Source: Tubulanus polymorphus (Eukaryota > Animalia > Nemertea). From it: a stretch of DNA of 64,000 nucleotides. The DNA lies in assembly GCF_964204645.1 (NCBI RefSeq), contig NC_134030.1, positions 4,444,778 to 4,508,777 of the forward strand. The letters are read 5' to 3'. The translations under genes were made by a program, and so were the position numbers. The notes beneath the pieces were generated by a model. It saw only the letters and a program-made list of their open reading frames with translations. It was not told the DNA's origin and did not search any database. Each line of letters starts with the position of its first letter. Within the stretch, counting starts at the first letter, position 1. Positions 10,341 to 23,800 of this stretch are shown one piece after another.

Positions 10341-13300
10341 AAACGTACAGTGGCGCCATGACGTTGTAACGTGTGTGACTGTCGAATGTTATGTACGAAG
10401 CGCAAACGAACCAATCGACGACGGCTAGACTTGTCATGTGAAAAAGGCTCGTTTCGGACCTTTCACTTCTCAATACGAGGAACGATAGCGCGTTCCGACA
10501 ACATTCACGAACGAACGTTAAAAAAGTAAAATCATAGTACATAACAAATGTTTCTTTTCATAAAAACGTTAAACCTAAAAGAGATACACGACGATACGCC
10601 ACAGGTCAGCAACTTTGGCGCGCCAAAACGAACTTTTAGAGAAATTTCGACGTTTTTCGAAAAAACGAACTTTCAGAGAAAATTGGACGTTTTTTTCGTT
10701 TTGGCGTTCTGGCGTTCTGGCGCCCTCATTTACATACCAGGAATTTTACGCTATGGCCCTTATCAGCCACCATAGACATCTCCTGTACCTCGCTAAGAAA
10801 ACGCTTTTACATATTTATTACTATAATCATCTTCGTTCCCAGGCTGTGACAGCATGAGGCTAGTTTGGGTAATAATCATAGAACAATCGTTGCAAAATGA
10901 GAACATTTACAAGAGAACATTTCGAATGTAACGTTTTTTATTTAAATCAGGTTAAATGATAGATGCTCGATAAAATTGTTATATATATACATTGAATCAT
11001 ATGACATTTTATTGTTAAATCGCTACGTGGAAATATGCATGATAATTCGCCATGATTCTTGATACGCTGAACTTGTTAAACCTGGAGAGAGGATGGAAAG
11101 TCCTGCAGAAAATTGTGACGGATTTTATAGTAATGCAATAAAGTAATAAAATTTAACTCTTAATAAGGTTTACGACTAAAATAAGCTTTCTCACGGCAAT
11201 CCTTTGTGGAAATAGGGGAAATCCAGTTGTCAAATATATATCTGTACTCGTTGGTTTTTTCGACCCAATTGGCGGTAATGACATCAGACCCGATTTCGTT
11301 AAAATATTTGAGCGCGAATGAAAATGATCAGTACTTGCACAACGGGATCAGACGAGGATGGAAATACGTCACGCAGTTTTTTTGTGTAACTGCACACCGA
11401 TAGGCATTTACGTTACACGAAAAACTGCTACAAAATCACTTTCACTCGATTGAACCGCGGAATTCCGATTCGCCGCACGTAGTAGAGATAAAATGCGATA
11501 AAAACTTAGCCGAAACACGCTCGAGATTGTTTGCTTGTTTGTTTTTGATGTATCGGAGAACGGTCGCCTGAACGTCTTGCGGCGGCGGCGGCTTAGCACT
11601 CAAAGCTGCGATAAAACCAACCTCGTAAAACTGATCATTTTTCACGGACGTAGTAAAAATACTCACCACTCGATACTATACGCTCGTTCTATTTTCCCAC
11701 TTTTGCACGTAGTAAAATTCAAGCATGCACGATCACGGTTTTGTACCGATAACGGATCGGTCTGAATGAAGCGCGAATATCTTATCGTTTACGTTTTGTA
11801 AACAGATCGAAACTTTAAAACGTGAATATTCTACTGTGGAGAATGTCTATATCATCTACAAAATCGATACCGCCGGAAGAGATTAATCTATAGATTAAAA
11901 ATATGGGTTTTAATTTTCGACATAAATATGTTTTTTTTTTGTTTTGTTTTTTTGTTAACATGGCGTATTTGGAGCATTGGATTGCAGGACAAACGACCTT
12001 GACACAGTGAGATGGCAGACCGCTGAAAATGAATAGTTTACTGGCCTTAAAAATCCTCTAGCTAGAACAGATTTCAAAGCAAAATTGCATTGAAAATGAA
12101 AAATAAAATCGTGTCTCGATATAATCGAATTGAATAAAATATTGCCAACTCCGACGACGCACCATAGGCGTTCTATGTGGTGTGTTGACTTCTTTCGAAA
12201 GGCAATCACTCAAAACATTAGTTGACAACTCATAATCGAACAATGCGACATTGAACGCGAATCCGCCGCGAAACGGGCAAATTGGCTGCTAGCTCTTGGG
12301 AATCACAGTCAGGCGACGATTAAATTTGAATATAGATGAAGCGCTGGAAACAGAATTTTCCTCGCTATATATCGCCAATAATTCATTCGCGCGGTCTCCC
12401 GGGGGGAGGGGGGAGAGGGAGCATGTCCAATGGGGGTTAATTCAACACGTTGTTTCTTATTTGATTTATTCCTTTTTTCGAGTCGCTGTAAAAATTCGAA
12501 AAACAACGGACGAACAAATTTTGGCAAGTTTTCACGTACCCTATCCCCCTCTTAGATCTGACCCTGATAGATCGTCATTCGTGCAGGCCTTCGTCTATGT
12601 AGGCTTAACTTTTGTTTGAGAGGCTGTGAGCCTTTTAAGTTCGTGTGTAGATCAGACATTTGTGTACCTCATCGAGACACCGGATCGACTACCGCTACAC
12701 TGGAGGAAATTATATCATGCATCCTCGGCGACATTTCATAAAAACCCGATCGGCATATCGTTTCTATGGCTCCTATAATTCCCGGTTAGCAGGATTTGAT
12801 AAGAATTCCATTCCCGCGAGGAAATGAACCCTGTTTATTAAACAAAAACGCGCGCCGACGCTGGTTAAAGGCTCCGGAAACTGGCGGCATCTCTGTGCTA
12901 GTGATTTCTTTGCTTGGTTTCATCGAACGACCCAAATCATTTCCCGTGCAATATTCAAATGAATCCATATTCAGCTGATATTTCGCCGGCTCCGTTAAAT
13001 ATCTCTATGAGAGCAATCATTTCATAATAAAGCTTAGCTTATGTATGAGCTTTTAAAGTGTTAATTTCAACTTTAGAAACAATGATGATTTTACACAAAG
13101 CGCACATCCAATGCGTTATGCAAAATTCAAATGCATTCCTAGGAAGAAATAGTTTGAATTGCGGAATGATAATAGAATGTGTTTGTAAACTGTTGTATTG
13201 ACATCGCAGAAAAAGTTCAAAACACTTCGTACAATTACATAAATAACTAATGGAAAATGGTTTCAGTTTTTTTTGCAAGATTTCAGGCTTACCACTATAA

Positions 13301-16300
13301 GGTTAGCACATATCGTTGAGTGGACGTACGTGTTATTGTGGTGATGTCAATGAAAAAGTGTTTCAGCAACACACAGTAATATGATTACATCGTTAGTGTC
13401 GCAGTCGAGATGCAATTCGTTGATAAACTAATTACTTTAAGACATCGCGACGTCAAATTTGTGGGAATTCGTTACGAACGCGGAAAATGAACTGTCCGTC
13501 GCTGGCGGAAATGACAGTAATAACGACAACGTCTATAGTCGGTTCCGTAAGAATGGTGCTGCGTCCGAGCGAGTTGGATGACCTGCAAGAAGATGCTTGG
13601 CACGTTGGTATACGCTGTTCAGCTGTTGAGAAGATAGATGCAGGATATCGAAGACGAACTAAAAGTTGTTAATCAAATGGAACCGCGTACTCCATGAAAT
13701 CGTTCCTGTCGTTTTTATTTTGTATTGGGTTTTAATGATTTTCGCGCGAAGTCGTGCGATTGAAATTTTTTGAACTTTCGAGCAGAGATTTTATGCCGCG
13801 CATGGAACATACAGAGGAAGGACGCGTTTGTTACTAACGAGCGCTATATGGTTAGCAGTGATTACCGGCTTGATGAGCTTATAATGAGATATACGATTTT
13901 GTGTCCATCAAACTAGATTGAGGATATTGTTTGTTCTGTAACAACAACGGTGCCGTCGATATCTATCATTGCGTGTAGATACGTAGTCGGGCTCATGCGT
14001 GGCAGGTTTTTTTCTACGTTTTTATGCGACGGTGTTTCATCGATATGTCCTAAGTTAATAACTCGGCAAGGCTTATCGAAATAGTGACAGCAGCCACTCC
14101 AAAATATGGATGTTTCATCCATTTGAAGATAGCTGGGCGGATTATCGTCCAGAATGTCACGTATGGTCGTGTCAGCGCATATATAAGTCAACGTTTGCTC
14201 ATTTCATTAAATAGTCGTTTTAGAAATCGTTGCTGATGATTGAATGGTGGTGGCTAGTCTATATTTGGAATTGTGGGTATACAGACAGCCTGAATAAACA
14301 TCGACAAGATGACAGACGTATACGTTCCTACAAGATAAGAGTTAATTGAGGCCGGATTAAAAAATATAGACTTCTGTATTGCCCTTTCGTCCACGCATTG
14401 CATGCGTTGATGATTAGGCAGGTGGTAAATGAACGCCTTTTATTTTGAGCTTCGCAAAATCTACTTTAAATTTCTTTTTCAGTTAAACCTGTATGCCGAG
14501 ACTTCTGAGAAAATCCGTCTGGCGATAGAAACTACTTCATATATTTGAAATTGTCTATATGATCTATAACGTGCGAATGATTGATCGTCTATATAACACG
14601 CTTGACTTTGTATAATCTGGAATGGATGTTTTTAATTTCTTTCGATTAATATATTTATCCCCCAGGATATGTTTGGAAATTGCCTTGACGGTAGATTTAT
14701 GGATAATACAGCATTGAATACCTCGACACTTAATCGTAGCGTTGTACTGACTTGCTCGAGTATCCCATCAGGACTCGCGTTGTCAGGAACAAATGATTCG
14801 TTAAAATGAATGCTGGGCAACTACCGGGGCCATTGAGCGCAGTTCTACGGAGAAAGCAAATATCGAAATAACTTTATTGGCTGCTTACTTAAGTATAAAA
14901 CAGTTCAAAGTCATTGTCGCAACTGGAAACTCATCTGTTCATTCATAGCGGTGCAATTAGTTCGATAAAACCTGCAACAACAGCTGGTGATGACTTTAAT
15001 TTCAATACTCTCCTGTTCAACGCCATAACCACTATCCCCGCGATAATCATCAATGAAAAACCTATGTTCCAGTATCCATGACCCGTCTTGGTATTCTATA
15101 AATGACGTGGAACGGGATTCTTGCGCGTAATTCGCTGTCGGCGATTGTCGGCGGTTGTCGGTTGTTGTCGGCGATTGTCGACGGGGCTAAATGAGTAGAT
15201 ATACCGTTCGTAATGAACTGGGGGGGGGGGGGGGGAATTTATTGTATAGGATATTAAAACCCCTCAAAGGGAAATTCCAGTCGAGCGGTATCGACGCAAT
15301 AATACATCTATTACCGTCGACAATTTACTGTTGCGTCTCATTTTTTGTTGTTTCTGGTTGAATTACGTTGCTAGAAAACGAAGGCTCGAGACGAACGAAC
15401 GAACGTCGTGTAATCCAAACTCCATTCGTTGATCGGATTCATTTGATGATAAATGCATATATTGTATCACCATTCTTACCCTTGTAGCCAGGAATATGAG
15501 TGTTTAGCGAAGCTAGCTATAGACTAAATATCGACGTGGCAATTCGTTGATTAACCCGGTGCTGCTCGCTCGCTCGTGAACTAACTTGACAATTCCTATT
15601 TGTGCAGACGAGAAAATCGCATCGTCTCAATTCCAGCACAGCCGCCGAAGATGGCAAGACGACGCACAATTCCCATTAGCGAATTAAAACAGGACAGCGC
15701 GCAAGCAGTTTAACGAATTATACGAAGCCCATAAAACTCACAAGATGGGGAGTTTATGTTCTTTTTTACCAGTAAGCCTCGTCTGGTTATGGTGAAGACG
15801 AAGTGATAAGGTACAACGTAATTCTGTGATCCGCAACAACGGATGAGATGTGCATATTTTATTAATTGACTCGCTAATGGCTTACTGAGTAGCCTCGGAG
15901 GAAAACCAAATACGTTGACGGGAAGCCCATAATTATCTCTCTGTCTACTTAGCTGCACAAAATCAGGTGTTTCTCTTTTGTACTATGCGCTATACGACGC
16001 CGTATACTGAGCGGAATCGAGTATTTGTCCCTAGAAAGGAATCAGTAACTATACCCCACCGATCAATTATTATCCTATTTTTTTCCAATGGTTGATTCGA
16101 ATTCCAGCAATTTGTGACAAATTGCGGGTAACGATTACACATTCAATCAAAAAAGGCAATCAAAATAAAGCAATGTTGATTACAGCAGATATATCGCAAC
16201 GTTCTAAGTATTCAGCCCATTGTGTCCCAGGCTGGGGTGGAGTTCGGTGGCAGTGACCTACCCCCTAAAATGCCCTTCAAAAAGTCAAGTACCTGAGATC

Positions 16301-17127
16301 TGCCCTTAGGAAAGTGCCCCAAGTCACTGTAAAAAAGTGAGTGCAACCTTTTTCTTGAAATAGTACTGCCACTGAAATATAACTGCAAAATTCAGGCAAA
16401 GAATAATCGGTTTATTCGAGCTGAAATCATAAACTATCGTATCTGTTACACAGTCGACACATGTAATGTTATTCGGATGATTTGAGTTTTCCAAACTAAT
16501 GGAAATATCTAATCGAAGTTAACCAGACTTTTCTTCCGTTTCACATAATCCGGTTCAGAGCAAAATTAAAGGACGAAGAAAAATGATTAAAGATGATCTA
16601 CTGTAATATTTATTACACTAAGGCCAGCAGTGTGGGGAATACGTGGATGGGTCCGTCATTAACATGGTTGGAGCTGAATGGGATCCCGGCACAAATTTGA
16701 ACATTTGATGCTCACGAGCGATTCCCATTCATCGACGGTTTTAATAAACAAATGAATTTGATGTGTAAATAGTTGTTGATAGATAAAGTTCATTACGAGA
16801 CGAGGTATATAAAGCACATTTTTATAACGCACACTGTGCACATGCCACTGTTTCTTGAAATGCATCGTGTATTTTACATGTTGTACGAATACACAATTAT
16901 GTTGTTATGACGCTAACACTGGAAATCATGTATTAAGCAATATTTGGCTGTATAAATGAAAATAAACGCTTACAAAATGATATGTTTATACAAATCCTGT
17001 ATATGTATAAGTCTGTACGGTACAAACTAAGATAAGTCAGTCTTGCAAACATTATCAAGTACAACTGTTACCAAATTTGTGATGATTATCTACGCATGGT
17101 TACCCATACAATATGTGAAAGTTTCGC

Positions 17128-17333
17128 TATAAAAGAAGCCCCACACAAGCAGATATTACATTCACTTCTAATCCGACGCATCAGTTAGGTAAGTTATGTC
17201 AATTTTATATATCTTAGATTTATTAAAGAAAATTTTTGACAATCGCTGTGGTGATCGAGGAAATCTATCGAGTAGAGAATGTCCAATGTTGGATTTAAGC
17301 TTTTTTGTATTCTTGTTTTACTTCTCCATATAG
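17128..17333 (+). promoter_or_regulatory. TATA box, short non-coding exon 1 and 5'UTR intron of AKE-repeat gene copy A
   Basis: TATAAAA at 17128-17134; Inr-like TTCACTT ~30 nt downstream (17161); donor AG|GTAAGT at 17189; polypyrimidine tract plus TAG acceptor ending 17333; ATG at 17370. Confidence 0.75.
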
Positions 17334-17369
17334 ATACGATTAATTCTCTAGCAGTGCTGCAAATCTAAA

Positions 17370-17855
17370 ATGAATTGCTTCAAAATCTTGACCGTTATTT
17401 GTGTCGTTTTGTTGATCGTCAATGAAAAAAATGCCGATGCCCAGGTAGATAAGAAAGCGGCAAAGTTAGCTGCAAAAGAAGCAAAAGAAATCGAAAAGTT
17501 AGAAAAGTTAGCCGCGAAAGAAGCCGCTAAGGCAGCTAAAGCAGCCGAAAAGGCCGAGAAGTTAGCCGCAAAAGAAGCCGAAAAGGCCGAGAAGTTAGCC
17601 GCAAAAGAAGCCGAAAAGGCGGCGAAGATAGCAGCAAAAGAAGCTGCCAAGGCAGCTAAAGAAGCTGAAAAGCTGAATAAGTTAGCTGAAAAGGAAGCCG
17701 CACGGCAGGCGAAAGAAGAGGTTAAAAACATAAAAATAGCTTTTAAAGATACTGGAAAGAACATACAAAGTAAGGTCAATGACGCAATTATGGAATTGCA
17801 AGATAATATACTTAATATAAATCAAGGAATTGAAGATGGGAGCGGATCTGATTAG
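17370..17855 (+). CDS. Secreted Ala/Lys/Glu-rich helical-repeat protein, copy A (161 aa), function unknown
   Basis: Single coding exon; signal-peptide-like MNCFKILTVICVVLLIVNEKNADA|Q; KLAAKEAEKAE-type repeats; Ile-rich tail ending EDGSGSD; upstream TATA and 5'UTR intron; paralogues nearby. Confidence 0.88.
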   Translation: MNCFKILTVICVVLLIVNEKNADAQVDKKAAKLAAKEAKEIEKLEKLAAKEAAKAAKAAEKAEKLAAKEAEKAEKLAAKEAEKAAKIAAKEAAKAAKEAEKLNKLAEKEAARQAKEEVKNIKIAFKDTGKNIQSKVNDAIMELQDNILNINQGIEDGSGSD

Positions 17856-20800
17856 CGATTCAATGTGTCCAAGATGAGATAAAGTATAAAGTTATAAAAA
17901 TCACAAAATTCTTATCGTTCATATAGTTTGTGAGGTGGCTCCTGTTTGTTAAAACGATACCCTGTTTTGGACAGCGGGATGTGGGAAACTGAATCGAAAA
18001 TACGTTTTGAATATCCAGTGTATGGCGGTTTTGCAATTCTTTGCAATAGGGGAAACATTGGATTTATCCTAATAAATAATTAAAACAGGTACAAAATAGA
18101 TGCATAGTTAGGACATGTTCATAGAATTAATAAATCGGCAAGTCGAAACGCAAGCAGCTGTTTAAATCTCCCAGTGTGAAGTGTGTTGCAGCTGCGCCAG
18201 TCACTTATTTGTACTGCCTGTCATTCTCAACTCGTTCCCTGGAGTTTATTCAATCGATGATAGAAGGAAATTCGTTTGTCCCAACTGAACACGGAGAAAG
18301 CGGGTCGAATATACGATCTATTTTACATTTTAGCCAGCATAAATTGTTCATCATAAATTTGACAGGTTGGTACGAATGTGTCTCTTCTATTCCAAATACA
18401 TGTATGTAAATGTCAGACGATGGTTAGGGCGATCATGAGATCTAGGGGGGGGGGGGTTATAAAGAAATATAATTATAGGCGTAGGCCAATATATTGTATA
18501 AGATATAAACTTACTTTTTGAGGCCAAAAAGATACCACAAGCTGCCGATGAAAGTTCCAACGCGTACTCCCATCCCAGATGACTGTCAAATTGCAGTGCA
18601 AACGTGGACACAAACTGTTGTTAGATGGTACAGTGAGAAAGGAGAGCACATGTTCAACAGAAAAGGAATCAATAACTGTCTTAACATCTCTAAAAAAAGA
18701 ATAAAATACGCTATACATTTAGTTGGGTGGGAAGATAACCTTTTTATATAAAAACTACGTGTTTGAAACTCGGATTGAAACTTTGGAGTAGCCCATCGGT
18801 CTCGATTGTTCACAACGATATACGTACATAACAAATGTTTCTTTTCATAAAAACGTTAAACCTAAAAGAGATACACGACGATACGCCACAGGTCAGCAAC
18901 TTTGGCGCGCCAAAACGAACTTTTAGAGAAATTTCGACGTTTTTCGAAAAAACGAACTTCGTTTTGGCGTTCTGGCGTTCTGGCGCCCTCATTTACATAT
19001 CAGGAATTTTACGCTATGGCCCTTATCAGCCACCATAGACATCTCCTGTACCTCGCTAAGAAAACGCTTTTACATATTTATTACTATAATCATCTTCGTT
19101 CCCAGGCTGTGACAGCATGAGGCTAGTTTGGGTAATAATCATAGAACAATCGTTGCAAAATGAGAACATTTACAAGAGAACATTTCGAATGTAACGTTTT
19201 TTATTTAAATCAGGTTAAATGATAGATGCTCGATAAAATTGTTATATATATACATTGAATCATATGACATTTTATTGTTAAATCGATACGTGGAAATATG
19301 CAAAAATAAAAAAATTTCCCCTGGAAATAGGGGAAATCCAGCTGTCAAATATATACCTGTACTCGTTGGTTTTTTCGACCCAATTGGCGGTAATGACATC
19401 AGACCCGATTTCGTTAAAATATTTGAGCGCGAATGAAAATGATCAGTACTTGCACAACGGGATCTGACGAGGATGGAAATACGTCACGCAGTTTTTTGTG
19501 TAACTGCACACCGATAGGCATTTACGTTACACGAAAAACTGCTACAAAATCACTTTCACTCGATTGAACCGCGGAATTCCGATTCGCCGCACGTAGTAGA
19601 GATAAAATGCGATAAAAACTTAGCCGAAACACGCTCGAGATTGTTTGCTTGTTTGTTTTTGATGTATCGGAGAACGGTCGCCTGAACGTCTTGCGGCGGC
19701 GGCGGCTTAGCACTCAAAGCTGCGATAAAACCAACCTCGTAAAACTGATCATTTTTCACGGACGTAGTAAAAATACTCACCACTCGATACTATACGCTCG
19801 TTCTATTTTCCCACTTTTGCACGTAGTAAAATTCAAGCATGCACGATCACGGTTTTGTACCGATAACGGATCGGTCTGAATGAAGCGCGAATATCTTATC
19901 GTTTACGTTTTGTAAACAGATCGAAACTTTAAAACGTGAATATTCTACTGTGGAGAATGTCTATATCATCTACAAAATCGATACCGCCGGAAGAGATTAA
20001 TCTATAGATTAAAAATATGGGTTTTAATTTTCGACATAAATATGTTTTTTGTTTGTTTTGTTTTTTTGTTAACATGGCGTATTTGGAGCATTGGATTGCA
20101 GGACAAACGACCTTGACACAGTGAGGTGGCAGACCGCTGAAAATGAATAGTTTACTGGCCTTAAGAATCCTCTAGCTAGAACAGATTTCAAAGCAAAATT
20201 CAATTGCATTGAAAATGAAAAATAAAATCGTGTCTCGATATAATCGAATTGAATAAAATATTGCCAACTCCGACGACGCACCATAGGCGTTCTATGTGGT
20301 GTGTTGACTTCTTTCGAAAGGCAATCACTCAAAACATTAGTTGACAACTCATAATCGAACAATGCGACATTGAACGCGAATCCGCCGCGAAACGGGCAAA
20401 TTGGCTGCTAGCTCTTGGGAATCACAGTCAGGCGACGATTAAATTTGAATATAGATGAAGCGCTGGAAACAGAATTTTCCTCGCTATATATCGCCAATAA
20501 TTCATTCGCGCGGTCTCCCGGGGGGAGGGGGGAGAGGGAGCATGTCCAATGGGGGTTAATTCAACACGTTGTTTCTTATTTGATTTATCCCTTTTTTTCG
20601 AGTCGCTGTAAAAATTCGAAAAACAACGGACGAACAAATTTTGGCAAGTTTTCACGTACCCTATCCCCCTCTTAGATCTGACCTTGATAGATCGTCATTC
20701 GTGCAGGCCTTCGTCTATGTAGGCTTAACTTTTGTTTGAGAGGCTGTGAGCCTTTTAAGTTCGTGTGTAGATCAGACATTTGTGTACCTCATCGAGACAC

Positions 20801-23800
20801 CGGATCGACTACCGCTACACTGGAGGAAATTATATCATGCATCCTCGGCGACATTTCATAAAAACCCGATCGGTATATCGTTTCTATGGCTCCTATAATT
20901 CCCGGTTAGCAGGATTTGATAAGAATTCCATTCCCGCGAGGAAATGAACCCTGTTTATTAAACAAAAACGCGCGCCGACGCTGGTTAAAGGCTCCGGAAA
21001 CTGGCGGCATCTCTGTGCTAGTGATTTCTTTGCTTGGTTTCATCGAACGACCCAAATCATTTCCCGTGCAATATTCAAATGAATCCATATTCAGCTGATA
21101 TTTCGCCGGCTCCGTTAAATATCTATATGAGAGCAATCATTTCATAATAAAGCTTATGTATGAGCTTTTAAAGTGTTAACTTCAACTTTAAAAACAATGA
21201 TGATTTTACACAAAGCGCACATCCCATGCGTTATGCAAAATTCAAATGCATTCCTAGGAAGAAATAGTTTGAATTGCGGAATGATAATAGAATGTGTTTG
21301 TAAACTGTTGTATTGACATCGCAGAAAAAGTTCAAAACACTTCGTACAATTAAATAAATAACTAATGGAAAATAGTTTCAGTTTTTTTGCAAGATTTCAG
21401 GCTAACCACTATAAGGTTAGCACATATCGTTGAGTGGACGTACGTGTTATTGTGGTGATGTCAATGAAAAAGTGTTTCAGCAACACACAGTAATATGATT
21501 ACATCGTTAGTGTCGCAGTCGAGATGCAATTCGTTGATAAACTAATTACTTTAAGACATCGCGACGTCAAATTTGTGGGAATTCGTTACGAACGCGGAAA
21601 ATGAACTGTCCGTCGCTGGCGGAAATGACAGTAATAACGACAACGTCTATAGTCGGTTCCGTAAGAATGGTGCTGCGTCCGAGCGAGTTGGATGACCTGC
21701 AAGAAGATGCTTGGCACGTTGGTATACGCTGTTCAGCTGTTGAGAAGATAGATGCAGGATATCGAAGACGAACTAAAAGTTGTTAATCAAATGGAACCGC
21801 GTACTCCATGAAATCGTTCCTGTCGTTTTTATTTTGTATTGGGTTTTAATGATTTTCGCGCGAAGTCGTGCGATTGAAATTTTTTGAACTTTCGAGCGGA
21901 GATTTTATGCCGCGCATGGAACATACAGAGGAAGGACGCGTTTGTTACTAACGAGCGCTATATGGTTAGCAGTGATTACCGGCTTGATGAGCTTATAATG
22001 AGATATACGATTTTGTGTCCATCAAACTAGATTGAGGATATTGTTTGTTCTGTAACAACAACGGTACCGTCGATATCTATCATTGCGTGTAGATACGTAG
22101 TCGGGCTCATGCGTGGCAGGTTTTTTTCTACGTTTTTATGCGACGGTGTTTCATCGATATGTCCTAAGTTAATAACTCGGCAAGGCTTATCGAAATAGTG
22201 ACAGCAGCCACTCCAAAATATGGATGTTTCATCCATTTGAAGATAGCTGGGCGGATTATCGTCCAGAATGTCACGTATGGTCGTGTCAGCGCATATATAA
22301 GTCAACGTTTGCTCATTTCATTAAATAGTCGTTTTAGAAATCGTTGCTGATGATTGAATGGTGGTGGCTAGTCTATATTTGGAATTGTGGGTATACAGAC
22401 AGCCTGAATAAACATCGACAAGATGACAGACGTATACGTTCCTACAAGATAAGAGTTAATTGAGGCCGGATTAAAAAATATAGACTTCTGTATAGCCCTT
22501 TCGTCCACGCATTGCATGCGTTGATGATTAGGCAGGTGGTAAATGAACGCCTTTTATTTTGAGCTTCGCAAAATCTACTTTAAATTTCTTTTTCAGTTAA
22601 ACCTGTATGCCGAGACTTCTGAGAAAATCCTTCTGGCGATAGAAACTACTTCATATATTTGAAATTGTCTATATGATCTATAACGTGCGAATGATTGATC
22701 GTCTATATAACACGCTTGACTTTGTATAATCTGGAATGGATGTTTTTAATTTCTTTCGATTAATATATTTATCCCCGAGGATATGTTTGGAAATTGCCTT
22801 GACGGTAGATTTATGGATAATACAGCATTGAATACCTCGACACTTAATCGTAGCGTTGTACAGACTTGCTCGAGTATCCCATCAGGACTCGCGTTGTCAG
22901 GGACAAATGATTCGTTAAAATGAATGCTGGGCAACTACCGGGGCCATTGAGCGCAGTTCTACGGAGAAAGCAAATATCGAAATAACTTTATTGGCTGCTT
23001 ACTTAAGTATAAAACAGTTCAAAGTCATTGTCGCAACTGGAAACTCATCTGTTCATTCATAGCGGTGCAATTAGTTCGATAAAACCTGCAACAACAGCTG
23101 GTGATGACTTTAATTTCAATACTCTCCTGTTCAACGCCATAACCACTATCCCCGCGATAATCATCAATGAAAAACCTATGTTCCAGTATCCATGACCCGT
23201 CTTGGTATTCTATAAATGACGTGGAACGGGATTCTTGCGCGTAATTCGCTGTCGGCGATTGTCGGCGGTTGTCGGTTGTTGTCGGCGATTGTCGACGGGG
23301 CTAAATGAGTAGATATACCGTTCGTAATGAACTGGGGGGGGGGGGATTTATTGTATAGGATATTAAAACCCCTCAAAGGGAAATTCCAGTCGAGCGGTAT
23401 CGACGCAATAATACATCTATTACCGTCGACAATTTACTGTTGCGTCTCATTTTTTGTTGTTTCTGGTTGAATTACGTTGCTAGAAAACGAAGGCTCGAGA
23501 CGAACGAACGAACGTCGTGGTGTAATCCAAACTCCATTCGTTGATCGGATTCATTTGATGATAAATGCATATATTGTATCACCATTCTTACCCTTGTAGC
23601 CAGGAATATGAGTGTTTAGCGAGGCCTATAGACAAAATATCGACGTGGCAATTCGTTGATTAACCCGGTGCTGCTCGCTCGCTCGTGAACTAACTTGACA
23701 ATTCCTATTTGTGCAGACGAGAAAATCGCATCGTCTCAATTCCAGCACAGCCGCCGAAGATGGCAAGACGACGCACAATTCCCATTAGCGAATTAAAACA

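Larger units (their letters stand above)
10537..18823 (+). repeat. Tandem segmental duplication, copy A (~8.3 kb)
   Basis: Starts GTACATAACAAATG (10537) and ends CACAACGATAT (18821); nearly identical to 18824-26964, and the ORF track repeats with an ~8.1 kb offset. Confidence 0.97.

Noticed and set aside
17348-17779. 143-aa minus-strand ORF (and 154 aa at 25451-25915) rich in F/S/A
   Set aside because: Antisense shadow of the GCN/AAR/GAR repeat codons; promoter, splice sites and signal peptide all support the plus strand.
17370-17855. Assignment as bacterial TolA (HGT or contamination), type I antifreeze protein or classical LEA
   Set aside because: Similarity is compositional only. The gene has a spliceosomal 5'UTR intron and TATA box, lacks TolA domain III, lacks the Thr every 11 residues of type I AFPs, and does not clearly match the LEA3 consensus. 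These remain hypotheses only.
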